Shown: positions 25,130 through 38,994, counted from the first letter of the stretch. The stretch is DNA of 64,000 nt from Octopus sinensis (GCF_006345805.1 NC_043006.1:21576001-21640000), one strand, 5' to 3'. Notes: generated from the letters alone by a model not told the origin. Made by a program: numbers and translations.

Positions 25130-25885
25130 AAAAATATCAGCTAGATTATATCAAGGAGATAACAGAAATTAGAAAGCCAGAAATTGGGGATGGTGAAATC
25201 GTAAAACTTCACCGATAACCACTTCTGACTCTTTCCGGAAGTATGGCAAGGAACCGAATTCTGTTACCACACATGGCCTTTCAGCAGCAAACCTCTCCAG
25301 CCAGTGATTGACCACAACCTCCAGCAGCTCCACGTAGCTGTCTGAATTGAGCTTAGGCCCTTGTTCAAATAGGGGAAAGATAAACTTCTGCTGGCCCCGG
25401 CTTCGTAGTTTCCGTTGCAGCTGCTCATGTCACACCTTATGATCTCTACAGTATCCACAAAACATTGAGCAGCAGTCATAATATCGGCATTTTGATAACA
25501 GGTGCTAATCATCATGATTGGGTAACTTTTCCAACATTAAGAAAGCTTCCAGTTTTCCAAGTCAGCTAATTTTTTCTCAACATCTTTAATCCTTATGCTT
25601 TTTAACGCCGTTGACTGTTCACCAAACATCAATACATCACCAATACATCTGTTCCCGGAAAAACAAAGAAGATATAAAAAATCGTCAAATTTATCCCAAA
25701 AGCCCATTTTAAACATTATGTATAAAAACAGAAACATTACGAACAACAATAATAAAACCACCGACAGCAACATTTAAATTTCTGTAAACGTTCTTGGCCC
25801 CAAAACTGCAACTCGACTGGAACCAGTTCAAAAAATACGCAAACTATGTCCCAAAGCAGTGCTTGTTTGCCAAACCCTATGAATT
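25130..25885 (-). mobile_element. Internally deleted maT (DD37D)-like transposon relic
   Basis: N-term MISTCYQNADIMTAAQC joined to LFEQGPKLNSDSYVELLEVVVNHWLERFAAERP; CHTSGKSQKWL...PNFW downstream. Ends approximate. Confidence 0.7.
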
Positions 25886-26369
25886 TATCTATGAAAGGTT
25901 GAGAAAGGGGATGACGTGTCTATAGGGATCCATAAACTCTCGAAATGAGTTGGAAGAAACCTTAGGCGGTATGTAGTAGAATGTATGCTCTATCGATGGA
26001 GACAGGAATATGAAAGCGTGTCAGTTTAGTTTTTCATTTTTTCGGGGCTGATAAAGTAAGATACTAATCAAGCACTGGGGTCGATGCTATCGACTAAACC
26101 ACCCGTTCAAAAACACTGGCTTCGTGCCTAAATTAGGAATCATTACTATTTTCACTATTATTATTTTCATCAGGAAAAAAAAACAGTGAAAACCATTGTC
26201 TCGTGGAAGAGCAGATTTGTAATTCACTTGTGTTCCATTCCTGGTGCGTACGCTTGTTAAATCCTCTCTAAGCGTTCCATTAACTGCAGTTCAACATCGG
26301 AATGTAAACAATAAAATAGAGCCTTGATCTCTATGCCAGGATATAAAAAAGAAATTGTAAATGTATAGA

Positions 26370-26624
26370 GTATTGCTCTCACATCTGGGACGATACTACT
26401 GCTTCACACACAAACAGCCTATATCATATTCAAGAAAGTGTTACCCCACTAATTTATATTAAGTCACTCCCAGACACTCTCCAGCTTTTGGTCCACAGAC
26501 TTGCTGTCTTTTATATCAGCCTTTTCTACTGCTAGTATAATAGTTTTGCTTCTACAAGCTGACAGGGTGTATGTCATCCCTGCTCAGGTACTCCACTTTC
26601 ATTCGTCTCTCCTCCTAACATCAT
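26370..26624 (-). pseudogene. RTE LINE C-terminal relic
   Basis: DVRRRRMK...SRDDIHPVS resembles the RTE IRRRRLRWAGH region. Confidence 0.5.
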
Positions 26625-26632
26625 CATTGTTG

Positions 26633-27041
26633 GGATCTTTCCGGTTTGAACGGCAGTTTTTAACATCATTTCTAGCTAACTAAAATAATTTAAACTTCGT
26701 ATACTGGTAGAATGTGTTTATAAAACATCTTTTTCTCTTGGCTTTATTGACAAAATTCTATAGTTTGTAAGATATTTGTTGTTGTTCTTTTCTTCAATTT
26801 CTGCAATTTCAACCAATCAATTACGTCTATTGAGTTAAAAAAAAATTCTGTGCCGTATGAATATGTCCCTCGTTTAAGAAACAGATTGGGTTTATTTACA
26901 TTTGTGAAAAAAAAGATACCCTTCCCCCCACCCCTAACCCTAACTCTAAAACAGATAGAAATGCAATAGATCGATACTAGGGTCATAATTATGGGTGACA
27001 ATTTCATATGACACCGCTAGAAAAAACTGCCGAAAAGATCC
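26633..27041. mobile_element. MITE with GGATC termini and 8-bp TSD, copy 1
   Basis: TIR GGATCTTTCCGGTTTGAACGGCAGTTTTT (right TIR lacks 9 bp); TSD cattgttg at 26625-26632 and 27042-27049. Confidence 0.88.
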
Positions 27042-27298
27042 CATTGTTGTGCCCAACCTATATGGCAAGGAACTAATCACTACGTTCATCCCTTTCTTCT
27101 CAGAACGTCGGTTCTTCGGAATTCCAACACTGCTCATGTTTTTCGCAAAGATGTTGACTTGCAAAGCTTTAAAAAAAACTCTAATGGTATCAATCTCGCT
27201 TGTCTAGATGTGCCTACAAAGGATAAGGGCACATCCCAGCAAGTAAATATTAATGACCTGTGGGGACACCTTATTTCGTTATGGAAACATAATATACT

Positions 27299-27682
27299 GG
27301 GAAGCACTCCGTCGGTTACGACGACGAGGGTTCCGGTTGATCCGATCAACGGAACAGCCTGCTCGTGAAATTAACGTGTAAGTGGCTGAGCACTCCACAG
27401 ACACGTGTACCCTTAACTTAGTTCTCGGGGATATTCAGCGTGACACAGAGAGTGACAAGGCCGGCCCCTTGAAATACGGGTACAACAGAAACAGGAAGCA
27501 AGAGTGAGAGAAAGTTGTGGTGAAAGAATACAGCAGGGATCACCACCATCCCCTGCCGGAGCCTCGTGGAGCTTTAGGTGTTTTCGCTCAATAAACACTC
27601 ACAACACCCGGTCTGGGAATCGAAACCGCGATCCTATGACCGCGAGTCCGCTGCCCTAACCACTGAGCCATTGCCCCTCCAC
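27299..27682 (-). mobile_element. SINE-B, young, with 11-bp TSD
   Basis: TSD cataatatact at 27288-27298 and 27683-27693. Confidence 0.92.
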
Positions 27683-28485
27683 CATAATATACTACAAGGT
27701 ATAATAAACATTTTTATAAGCCAACACTGTGTTCTACTGTGTTAGCAGTGCTATTACATCACTTATAGAGATAACCTCAACAAGCAATATAAAGTAGAAG
27801 TGCCCATCATTTTAACCGATAATCTACAGACAATAACTTATTAAAAAGTAGTAAAAATGTTTCAAAAACAAAGCAAAAAATGAGAAAAAAAAATTATTTC
27901 TACTGCATATCTAACTTATTTGGTATTAAAACTGCTTTTTAATATCGGAAGATCTGGTCGATTTAAACAATATTCACATTAGAAATATATTCACTAAATC
28001 ATTGTCATCTTTCACAGCTAATGGTCTGTGTTTACAGCAAAATATATACAGCAATATAAAAAGTTTTATAAAATGTTTTCATATAGCTGTCTGCACCAGG
28101 AAAAACAAACCATATGTTATCTATATGCTATCAATTGGTGAATTTAAAAGCGGTCGGTACTGTGACCTCAGATTTGACAGTGTCAAGTCACCTTAAAAAA
28201 TATTACTTGCTGTTATTTTTTTTTTATTTCCATTTTACTTAAACTAAAATTCAGTTACAGTAAACGTAGTTAGTCATCGTTGTTTTCCTTCGTGATCTCA
28301 TCAGAAATGCTAGAGTGTCGTTATTTGGCTACGTCTTTGCACGTTTTGTGTTCAAATCCCGCTTGGGTTGATTCTACCTTTCGCTCTTTCGATAAAATAG
28401 GCATCAGTCATGTTCTATGTTCAATTCAATTGACTGTCCCTTTCAACAAATTAGAAGTCCTTTGTTTGCATTTAAAAAAAAGGGG

Positions 28486-28910
28486 GGATCTTTTTGGTTT
28501 GAACGGCAGTTTTTTCTAGCGGTGTCATATGAAATTGTCACCCATAATTATGACCCTAGTATCGATCTACTGCATTTCAATCTATTTTAGGGTTAGGGTT
28601 AGAGTTAGGGGTTGGGGGAAGGGTATCTCTTTTTCTTCACAAATGTAAATAAACCCAATCTGTTTCTTAAACGAGGGACATATTCATACGGCACAGAATG
28701 TTTTTTTTTAACTCAATAGACGTAATTGATTGGTTGAAATTGCAGAAATTGAAGAAAAAAGCAACAAATATCTTACAAACTATAGAATGTTCTCAATAAA
28801 GCCAAGAGAAAAAGATGTTTTATAAACACATTCTACCAGTATACGAAGTTTAAATTATTTTAGTTAGCTAGAAATTATGTTAAAAACTGCCGTTCAAACC
28901 GAAAAGATCC
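28486..28910. mobile_element. Same MITE, copy 2, inverted relative to copy 1
   Basis: Both TIRs complete; internal ttagggttagggttagagttagggg stretch. Confidence 0.88.
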
Positions 28911-29362
28911 GAAAAGGATTTACACGAATAAATACACTCACACACACACACACACGCATACACATACATATGTATGTACTATGGTGAGCATAATATCTTA
29001 TAGAAAGATATCTCGCTGTTGTTGGTGTATATGTGAATTACGTTGAGGCGCATGTGTGCGCACTGCGGTGTTTATCTGCATGTGTTCGTGCGCAGTTAGA
29101 ACAGCTCTATAGAGTTAGCCTACCTGAATTTGTAAAGGGACGACACTGAAGAAGTTATTTATTATGGATGCGCGTTGATATGCTGGTCTCTGCGTATATG
29201 TGCATCTGCTTACTTGCATGCCTGTGTATGCTGGATTTAAAGCCAAAACGGTTGCTTGAAATCATAGGCGATTTTAGGGAACAGGATGGTTGGAGACTAA
29301 TGCGGTGCTTTTGAAGGAAGCGTCATAGGATTCCAGTATCTGCCATATGACACGGAACTTGT

Positions 29363-29394
<32 letters not shown>

Positions 29395-30134
29395 ATGCAT
29401 GTGTATCGGGGCAGTTGTTAAAGTGTGTGTGTAAGCGTAGTCAGAATACTCGTTCTGTGAGTGTGTGTGTGTGTGGTGTGCAAAAGACTCTGATACATTA
29501 TATCTGTAAAATCGACTCCTGAGACGACAAGAACAAAAAACAGCTCTGGACTTGTTCTAGTTTGAGATCTTTTTATGATAAAATTTGGTCATATGATTGA
29601 CACTGATTAAACCGTTTGCGATATGCAGTTGCGTGTGATCTCTGGATGTGCAAATAGCGATGAAATTCGAAGACAAAGTGATTGCGGGAATGTACCCTGC
29701 AATAAGTGCAAAGAGAAAGGGTTAAAGATTGGCAGTGCAGGACTAAAGTCCCAGCTGTCATCCATCTAGCAGTAAGGTTTATTTGAAGGCTTTCTTCCCA
29801 CAAGTACTAGAAAAGCTAAAAGGAAAGGAACGTCACAGACAGAGCCATCAACAGCATGCCACAAAATTGTTGTTCTCAGAGCATCGTGAACCGCAACACC
29901 GAAAACGGAGAAGGGGGTTGCTTTGCCTTTAGACCCATCAGCCGAGCTAGTAACTATGAAACTTAGGGACAATAAACTAAGCGCTTCTCTTTCCAGTATT
30001 ACTACCCTATCAACTTGTTATGAGGAAGATGAGTTGGTGACAGAGGACCCCACCCTCAGAGAGAATTTTGACTTTACTATGGCCCAGTGATCATTAATTA
30101 CTAAACCAATTTAGTGTATAATATGAACGATAAA

Positions 30135-30499
30135 TCTCTATATATATAAACGGCAAAATGTCTCTGTGTGTGTCCTTTATACAAATCCACAATTTTTCAG
30201 TTAGAGGGCTCGCACTTTCTATGGTCATTCAAAACCGTCCAAGGGTGGTCGTGCATATCTTTACATTTCTCCAGTCATCCCGCAAAGCCATTAAAAAAAT
30301 CAATAGAAGTGACTTTTTTGTGAGTTTTCAATCCAAAACCAAATCAAAATGCCCGAATCTTGATACGCCAATTGAATGCCAGCTAGCTGTATGTGATTGG
30401 TCGGAGATTTTGACAGTACTCGCGTGTATGTGCGCATGCATACAGCTGTATATGCATGCACTAGCACTATGACCCAACGTTGCCGGGTCATAGTGCTAC
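30135..30499 (+). mobile_element. Non-autonomous Helitron
   Basis: A|TCTCTATATATATAAACGGC 5' end; 3' hairpin tagcactatgaccc...gggtcatagtgcta ending CTAC|T (CTAG variant). Confidence 0.75.
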
Positions 30500-30734
30500 T
30501 TCTTAATATTTTAGCTGACGAAAAATGGATAACCAGTAAGAGCTACTCTGAAAAGACAGAGTGCTAGGTATCACTCTAGCAGGAAAAGAATATTTGAAAA
30601 ATTATGCTTGAGAGGGTGTAAGACGATCCACATTCCTGCTGATTTAAAATCTGTCCTTCTGGCAGTTTGGATGTACCAGCTTACAGTAGGAGTGGAGAAA
30701 TGCAGTCGGAGCCGTGGAGTTCGTCGATCGAACG

Positions 30735-30854
30735 CAAACGCTGTTCCAGGTTCAATCCCACTGCGTGACGTCTTGGGCAGGTGCCTTCTACTATAGACTC
30801 GGACCGACGGAAGCCTTGTGAGTGGATTTGGTTGGTGCAAACTGAAAGCTCATC

Positions 30855-30855
<1 letters not shown>
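30735..30855 (+). mobile_element. SINE-C head fragment
   Basis: ggttcaatcccactgcgtg...gccttgtgagtggatttgg. Confidence 0.7.
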
Positions 30856-30898
<43 letters not shown>

Positions 30899-30943
30899 TA
30901 TATATATATACAAACATATATTATATATATATATATATATATA

Positions 30944-31167
30944 CTTTATTTTAAGCAGCAGAAAATTCAACAAAATCTGTTACTCTGAGTTTCTCGTTGC
31001 CGTTCATCAGACAGTTTTTGCAAAAACTGTCTGATGAACGGCAACGAGAAACTCAGAGTAACAGATTTTGTTGAATTTTCTGCTGCTTAAAATAAAGCAT
31101 ATACTCTACCACTGGTATTTGAGTACTCTTTTTTCCACCTTGTTTCACATTTATGTGTTTACTCCGG
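30944..31167 (+). mobile_element. Penelope-like pLTR fragment with perfect 154-bp palindrome (30944-31097), between (TA)n tracts
   Basis: 77-bp arms meet at 31020/31021 with no spacer; each arm carries a hammerhead-like motif. Confidence 0.8.
31027..31064 (+). ncRNA. Minimal type-I hammerhead-like motif (mirror copy at 30977-31014 on the minus strand)
   Basis: CTGT-CTGATGA-A-CG-GCAA-CG-A-GAAA-CTC-A-GAG-TA-ACAG: stem I CTGT/ACAG, 2-bp stem II with GCAA loop, stem III CTC/GAG, GUA cleavage triplet. Confidence 0.55.
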
Positions 31168-31169
31168 TA

Positions 31170-31252
<83 letters not shown>

Positions 31253-31262
31253 GTATAAATAC

Positions 31263-31302
<40 letters not shown>

Positions 31303-31312
31303 ATATGTATAA

Positions 31313-31401
<89 letters not shown>

Positions 31402-31402
<1 letters not shown>

Positions 31403-31627
31403 TTCTATACTACCCACAAGGGGCTAAACACAGAGGAGACAAACAAGAACAGACAAAGGGATTAAGTCGATTACATCGACCCCAGTGCGTAGCTGGTACT
31501 TAATTTATCGACCCCGGAAGGATGAAAGGCAAAGTCGACCTCGGCGGAATTTGAACTCGGAATGTAACGGCAGACGAAATACGGCAATGCATTTCGCCCG
31601 GCGTGCTAACGTTTCTGCCAGCTCGCC
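31402..31627 (-). mobile_element. SINE-A, young
   Basis: Copy embedded in (TA)n. Confidence 0.9.
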
Positions 31628-31875
31628 ACATATATATATATATGTGTGTGTGTGTATGTATGTGTATGTGTGTGTATATACTGTCACTGGATCATGCTGT
31701 AAAAGTTAGTGCAGCAATGTATTTACATGAAATTAAATATATGTCTGGTCAGAGACAGTCATAGAGTAACCAATAGTTTCGCATCCACAAAGCGCTTAGC
31801 TTTATAGAGGACTCGTCAAACTCCAATGGGCGCAGAGACAGAAAACCTTTACGATCAGTAGATTTTAAACAAAAT

Positions 31876-32266
31876 GGATGGATGGAAGCACTCCGTCGGT
31901 TCCGACGACGAGGGTTCCGGTTGATCCGAATCAACGGAACAGCCTGCTCGTGAAATTAACGTGTAAGTGGCTGAGCACTCCACAGACACGTGTACCCTTA
32001 ACGTAGTTCTCGGGGATATTCAGCGTGACACAGAGAGTGAAAAGGCCAGCCCTTTGAAATACAGGTACAACAGAAACAGGAAGTAAGAGTGAGAGAAAGT
32101 TGTGGAGAAAGAGTATAGCAGGGATCACCACCATCCCCTGCCGGAGCCTCGTGGAGCTTTTAGGTGTTTTCGCTCAATAAACACTCACAACGCCCGGTCT
32201 GGGAATCGAAACCGCGATCCTATGACCGCGAGTCCGCTGCCCTAACCACTGGGCCATTGCGCCTCC
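31876..32266 (-). mobile_element. SINE-B, young, with 12-bp TSD
   Basis: TSD tttaaacaaaat at 31864-31875 and 32267-32278. Confidence 0.92.
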
Positions 32267-32833
32267 TTTAAACAAAATAATAGTATACACAAATTAACTT
32301 ACAGTAATGGTTTTCTACCTCCAGTTTGAAAAGGAGTTATATGCCCACGGCCATTGGAGCTTGACTAGTCATCTACAAAGTTAAGAGTTTTGTGGGCGTG
32401 AAACCATTGGTCACTCTATGGCAGGGCATATATTTAACTTCATGTAAATATATATATATACAGACAGACAGAAAGGTAGGTAGGTAAGGTATAATCCCAG
32501 CTGTTTCCTCTTGAAGTGCAGCTGGTTATACCTTTATTACAATCAATAGAATCTATAGTGTTGTATGTAAATCAAACACACCCATTAAAATAGAGATTTA
32601 ATTGTTGAATAACTAAAGAGAAAATGGAATTTTTTTTTGGTATTATTTATTCTCCATTACATGTGTTACATTTGCTAAGAGGAATTACAAAGATTTACGT
32701 GTTATATTGACGTGTAAGAAATTTCCTGTTAGCAGATGAAACACGTGTAATGCAGAATAATACCAAAAAGTTTCTATTTCTTATTTTCTCGAATGTGTAT
32801 AAAGATATATATATGATATATATATATATATAG

Positions 32834-33102
<269 letters not shown>

Positions 33103-33544
33103 TTATATCGTATTTACAGGAGATGCCTTCAAAGTTTTCTATCCAAAGGGGATTTTTGCCCAATATTTATCCATTATTATTTATAACTTTATCATCTATT
33201 TTGAGATTCACTATTCCGAAAAAGAATTATTTCAAATTTCCTGGTACTTTACAACGTCTTCTGACGTCAGCTCTATAAACACACGCACACATACACACAT
33301 ATGTATGCATGTATACATATATATATACATATATATGTATATATATATATATATTATATATATATATATATTAGATATATATATATATGTATGTATATAT
33401 ATATATATATATTATTATATATATATATTATATATATATATGTTATATATATATGTATACAAGCATATATATATATTAGATATATATATGTGTATATATA
33501 TATATAAATATACATATATATGTATATATATACATATGTGTGTG

Positions 33545-33578
<34 letters not shown>

Positions 33579-33614
33579 ATATATATATATATGTGTGTAT
33601 ATATATATATATAT

Positions 33615-33670
<56 letters not shown>

Positions 33671-34069
33671 TATATACTATCGGTTGTTGCTCCCCGATAA
33701 TAATGTTTATGAATCAAAACGCAATACTAGCTTAACATATCAATAATTCATTGAAAAGTTGTATGTGAAAAGAAGGGAAGAGTACGTACGAGTAGAATTA
33801 TCGATCCTTTGCAAAATAGAGAACGATTTTCGTTAGTGGTAGAGAGTATCATGGACTAAACGTTTAGTGAAACAATGGAGTTCAAACAATGAAATCAATC
33901 TAAGTAAACAGTCGGAAGAATAAGAACAAAATGTACGAACGGAAAACAAAAGTAATCTTGAGATCAAGAAAAGGAGGAAGGGCATTAAATAAACATGTGA
34001 ATCGTCTGTTGGTTCACTGTGTTCAAAAACTCCGCAGCCCACACATACGCGCATGCTCATCCAAACGTG

Positions 34070-34460
34070 CAGTGGGTGTGTTTGTAGCTTGCTTACCAAC
34101 CGCATGGTTCCGGGTTCAGTCCCACTGCGTACCACCTTGAGCAGGTGTCTTCTACGATAGCCTCGAGCCGACCAAAGCCTTGTGAGTGGATTTGGTAGAT
34201 GGAAACGGAAAGAAGCCTGTCGTATGTACGTATATGTATGTGTGTGTGTGTATGTTTGTGTGTCTGTGTTTGTTCCCCACCACCGCTTAACAACCGATGT
34301 TTTGGTGGGTTTACGTTCCCGTAACTTAGTGGTTCGGCAAAAGAGCCCGACAGAATAAGTACTGTGCTTACAAAGAATAAGTCCTGTGGTCGATTTCTTC
34401 GAATAAAGGCGGTGCTCCAGCATGGCCGCAATCGAATGACTGAAACAAATAAAAGAAAAA
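34070..34460 (+). mobile_element. SINE-C
   Basis: Full-length copy. Confidence 0.85.
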
Positions 34461-34720
34461 ATATAAAATATTTATGTGATCGTCCAATTCCGAAACTCCA
34501 CCGATGTATGAGAGAGAAGAAAACGGAAACGAGTTGCAACAATGCGAAAGTTGAACGTCACGTCAAACCTATAGCTATGGCAACCACAACATTAAATCAG
34601 TTGCTCTGTAGCTATGCTAACTACAACATCAAAGCGTCATAACCAAACCGTCTAAATTAGGAGGCATAAACTGTATGCTAAAATACTAGTGGCTTGTCAA
34701 GGAAGGCTTTAGAGACTTAC

Positions 34721-34904
34721 TTGTTTATATTCTCTACTTAAATTGCATTTCGAGTGGTGCCATATTTTCTTCTTCATTTTCTATTTTAACCCATATCTCC
34801 CCGCTCAATGAGAAGCCACTTCAAGCCACCTTTAATAGGCATTCTCAGCTCCACGTTTTTCAGTTGCGGTTCAGGGCGGAATACTCTTTGCTACAACATT
34901 AAAT
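34721..34904 (-). other. Candidate exon (UTR plus MKKKIWHHSKCNLSREYKQ from ATG 34777)
   Basis: Acceptor ttttacag and consensus donor CAA|gtaagt in non-repetitive sequence; product not recognised. Confidence 0.2.
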
Positions 34905-34959
34905 CTGTAAAATTGACGCTTGGAAGGACTGAAAAAAATGGAACAATGGATTTGATAGG

Positions 34960-35242
34960 GGTATTCGATGCATGGTCGTGAGTTCGCTCCTGCAGTGCGT
35001 TGTGTCCTTGAGCAAGACTTTTTATTTCACGTTTTTTCAGTCCGCCCAGCAAGCAAAGAAATGGGTTGTACCTGCATTTTAAAGGGCTATCTTGTCACAT
35101 TCTGTGTCACGCTGAATCTCCCTGTTAACAATGTTATGACTAAGCGTGTCTGCGAAGTGCTCAGTCACTTGCACGTTAATTTCACGAGCAGGTTGTTCAG
35201 TTCATCGGATCAACTGGAACCGACTTGACCGACAGAGTGCCA
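34960..35242 (+). mobile_element. SINE-B, old copy
   Basis: gtgtcacgctgaatctccc...gttaatttcacgagcagg block. Confidence 0.7.
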
Positions 35243-35258
35243 TATAATATAAACATGT

Positions 35259-36306
35259 ACAGGGTGTGGTTAATATATTGTCGTCTAAATTGCGCAAAAT
35301 TGACACTGACACAGACATCTCATTTTAACAGATATATTTACCAAAATTACATTAAAATATTATGGAAATGTACTTGCATAGCAAGTGATTTGATCTGAGA
35401 TCGTGTGCTGAAACGAAAACAATTGCAGCGTGGAAGGTGTTTGTAAGCTATTTAAGAAACACACAAAAGCCGTTCGAGCGGCTTTTGTGTGTTACTTAAA
35501 TGGCTTACAAACACCTTCCACATTAAAATATCTTGAATACCAAACAGTAAATTTATTCAATAAATTCGTCAATGGCTTCAACCACAACTTCCAGGCGACT
35601 TCGGAATCTCCTGCAACTATTCTAGATGGTCTCCTTGTTTAAGTTGGTGAATACTGCCATAATCCTAGTCTGTGTTTTATACAAGGAGTTTTGTTGGTCT
35701 CTCGCTCAAACGCGCCCCACCCATTATAATCAAGGGGGTTGCAGTCTGGAGAGTTAGGTTGCTAGATGTTAGGGGTGATGCGGTTGCAGAAATTGTCCAA
35801 CAGCCATGACTGGATTCTCCTGCATGTGTGGCATGGTGCAGAATCTTGTTGCCAGGCGCAGGGTTTCCAGCATTCACGCTCTTGGCCCAGGGCAGCACTA
35901 CCTCCTCCAGGCACTTGATGTGGGCCTCCGTGTTGAGCGTGAAGCCGTGTGGGAAGATGAATGGAGGCATAACGTCACCAACACTAGTGATCACTCCAAA
36001 CCCCATGATATTGACTGGATTTTTTTTTTTTTTATCACTCTTGGTACATGATTTGGGGACTCGGCAAGCCAACAGTTGTTCTGCGTGTCCTTAATCTATT
36101 CGTATTAGAGCTTCCGGTGCGAATGCCAAGCAGTACAACATGTTGTTTTCAAATTTCTGGCAGAATGAACTGCGTCATGGAAGCTGTTTTTCTCACAGAC
36201 GGTGCCCAAGTGACCCTACTATTCTGTGTAGTCGACAAAAACAAGAACACACCATGTGTATGCGCGAAATAAAAAATATAAAATGGCGGCAATTTACCCC
36301 TCGCAA

Positions 36307-36309
<3 letters not shown>
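35259..36309 (-). mobile_element. maT (DD37D)-like transposon relic
   Basis: PVNIMGFGVITSVGDVMPPFIFPHG, QDSAPCHT, PNSPDCNPLDY and ARIMAVFTNLNKETI motifs; degenerate TA-CAGGGTG TIR. Confidence 0.8.
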
Positions 36310-37122
<813 letters not shown>

Positions 37123-37124
37123 AC

Positions 37125-37179
<55 letters not shown>

Positions 37180-37741
37180 ATATATATATAGAGAGAGAAG
37201 GGGGAAGGAAGAGGGGAGAGAGTATGCACACATACACACACATACATGCGCACACATGTGTGTGTGTGGGACTAAAGGTGCCAAGACACTTACATTGTTA
37301 GAAATAAGAGTTAAAATACTCTTAATGTTGCAGGAAGCGCGCAAATGTATAACACACATGCTGACAGGGGTTGAAGACGCCTTAGTCACATTTAGTGACG
37401 AGGGAATTTTTCCTTTATGATATCACATTGCGCTTAGATTTTTATATTAATTTTGAGTGCGTGTGTGTAAACATATACGCATATATATAAATATACGAGA
37501 ACGTGTGCTGAAAATTTCCTGGTTTTGAGTAAAAGAAAATACAGGAGGATCAGTTAATTATGATTTTATTCAACATATTCCACTCTCAGATTTATACACT
37601 TATTGCAGCGGTCCTTCAGTTTTCCTAAGCCCTGTAAAAGAATTGGGGGAAGTTTGGCCTCCAGCCAGGCTTTTCGCGACACTCTTAAACCCGGAAAGTG
37701 TTCAGCCCCCAACTCGTATACAAACTCGCACACACACAGGC

Positions 37742-37807
<66 letters not shown>

Positions 37808-37836
37808 ATGGATAGATGGATAGATAGATAGATAGG

Positions 37837-37868
<32 letters not shown>

Positions 37869-37878
37869 CACATAGATA

Positions 37879-38048
37879 TGTTTCTTTATTAGCCACACAG
37901 GGCTGCACACAGATAGAACAAATTACAAGGTAGAGCTTTTCTTTTGAAGGTATTAAAAAAAAAAAAAAAAAAAAAAAAAGGGAAGGGGGAGGTTCGATCA
38001 AAAGGGATCGTAAAAGGAGAGAAAGAGGACAAAAATAAGGGGGGTTAA

Positions 38049-38080
<32 letters not shown>

Positions 38081-38994
38081 AGAGGAAAAAAAAATGATCA
38101 ATAGGATCGTTATCACAGAAATGTCAATATGAAGTGTAAAGGGGAGACAGGTGAGGTTTACCCGTGGAAAGAAAAGCCTGCGGAAAAGACCACGGTAACC
38201 TCGGTCAATGAAGTCACATTTTATATTTCTTTTTTTTTTTTTTGCAAATAAGCAACTCTCTGTTTTCGATTTCTGGGTTCATAGGACTATGCTCAAGGTG
38301 GCTTCGTCATTCATACGTGCCATTCTTGCTACATTCACCCATCTTTTTTAAAACATTCGCTAGACAAAACTTGCCTCTCTACTCTCACTTTCCTTTTCAA
38401 GTGGTACTTGAAGAAGTTGATGAGAGATTGACCAGAGAGGAAAGTGTTTGTCTCCAATCCTTTCAGACGCGTCCACCAGATACATTCTTTCGCCATAGCC
38501 ACAAGGATGATGAAAATAGCTCTTCCTTCCCGTTTGAAGGAAGGAGGCGTGACAATATTGACGATAGACTCAGCTGATAAACCGACTCGTCCCACACGTG
38601 ACAGCAGTTGTTCGACATAAGCCCACAGGTCGGAAATTGTTGGACACTGAACGAGTGCGTGCAGAACGGTTTCGTCGCTCTGACCGCATCTCGGGCAGGT
38701 CGGCCCCGTGTTTCTCGAGCCGTGTCTGTAGAGCTTATCCCGAACGGGTAGCGCTTCTCGGTAGCACTGCCAGGCCAGGGATCTCTGGAAGTTGTCCATG
38801 GGCCCTGGCCCGAAAGTCGTCCCGAACAGGCGGGTCAGGTACTCCTCGTCGACGTCCAGGTTCGTCCCGAGCTCGTCGTCGTACCTCCCCTCCACTAAAC
38901 CCCTATAGAATGCTTTGGTTGTGTTGAAGTCACTTAAGGTCGACCCGGGACGGCAGAGTTGCTTGAGAGCAACGCGACACTCGCGGTGCCATAC
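37879..38994 (-). mobile_element. Tx1/L1-type LINE copy 1 (5'-truncated; ORF2 C-term plus 3'UTR) in (GATA)n
   Basis: SLAWQCYREALPVRDKL...TCPRCGQSDETVLHALVQCP zinc knuckle (zf-RVT type); 3' end AATAAAGAAAC; (GATA)n at 37742-37867 and 38995-39083. Confidence 0.9.

Noticed and set aside
25537-25773. 78-aa ORF with hydrophobic N-terminus
   Set aside because: Lies in the 5' non-coding part of the maT relic.
28018-28138. Candidate exon, including a GPCR-TM5-like LMVCVYSKIYTAI
   Set aside because: That frame stops immediately; the open frame has no recognisable homology and the donor is weak.
28585-28620. Interstitial telomere
   Set aside because: Only a few degenerate TTAGGG units, internal to a MITE present twice.
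29600-29990. Gypsy gag-like relic (CNKCKEKG)
   Set aside because: Similarity too weak and stop-ridden to call without a search.
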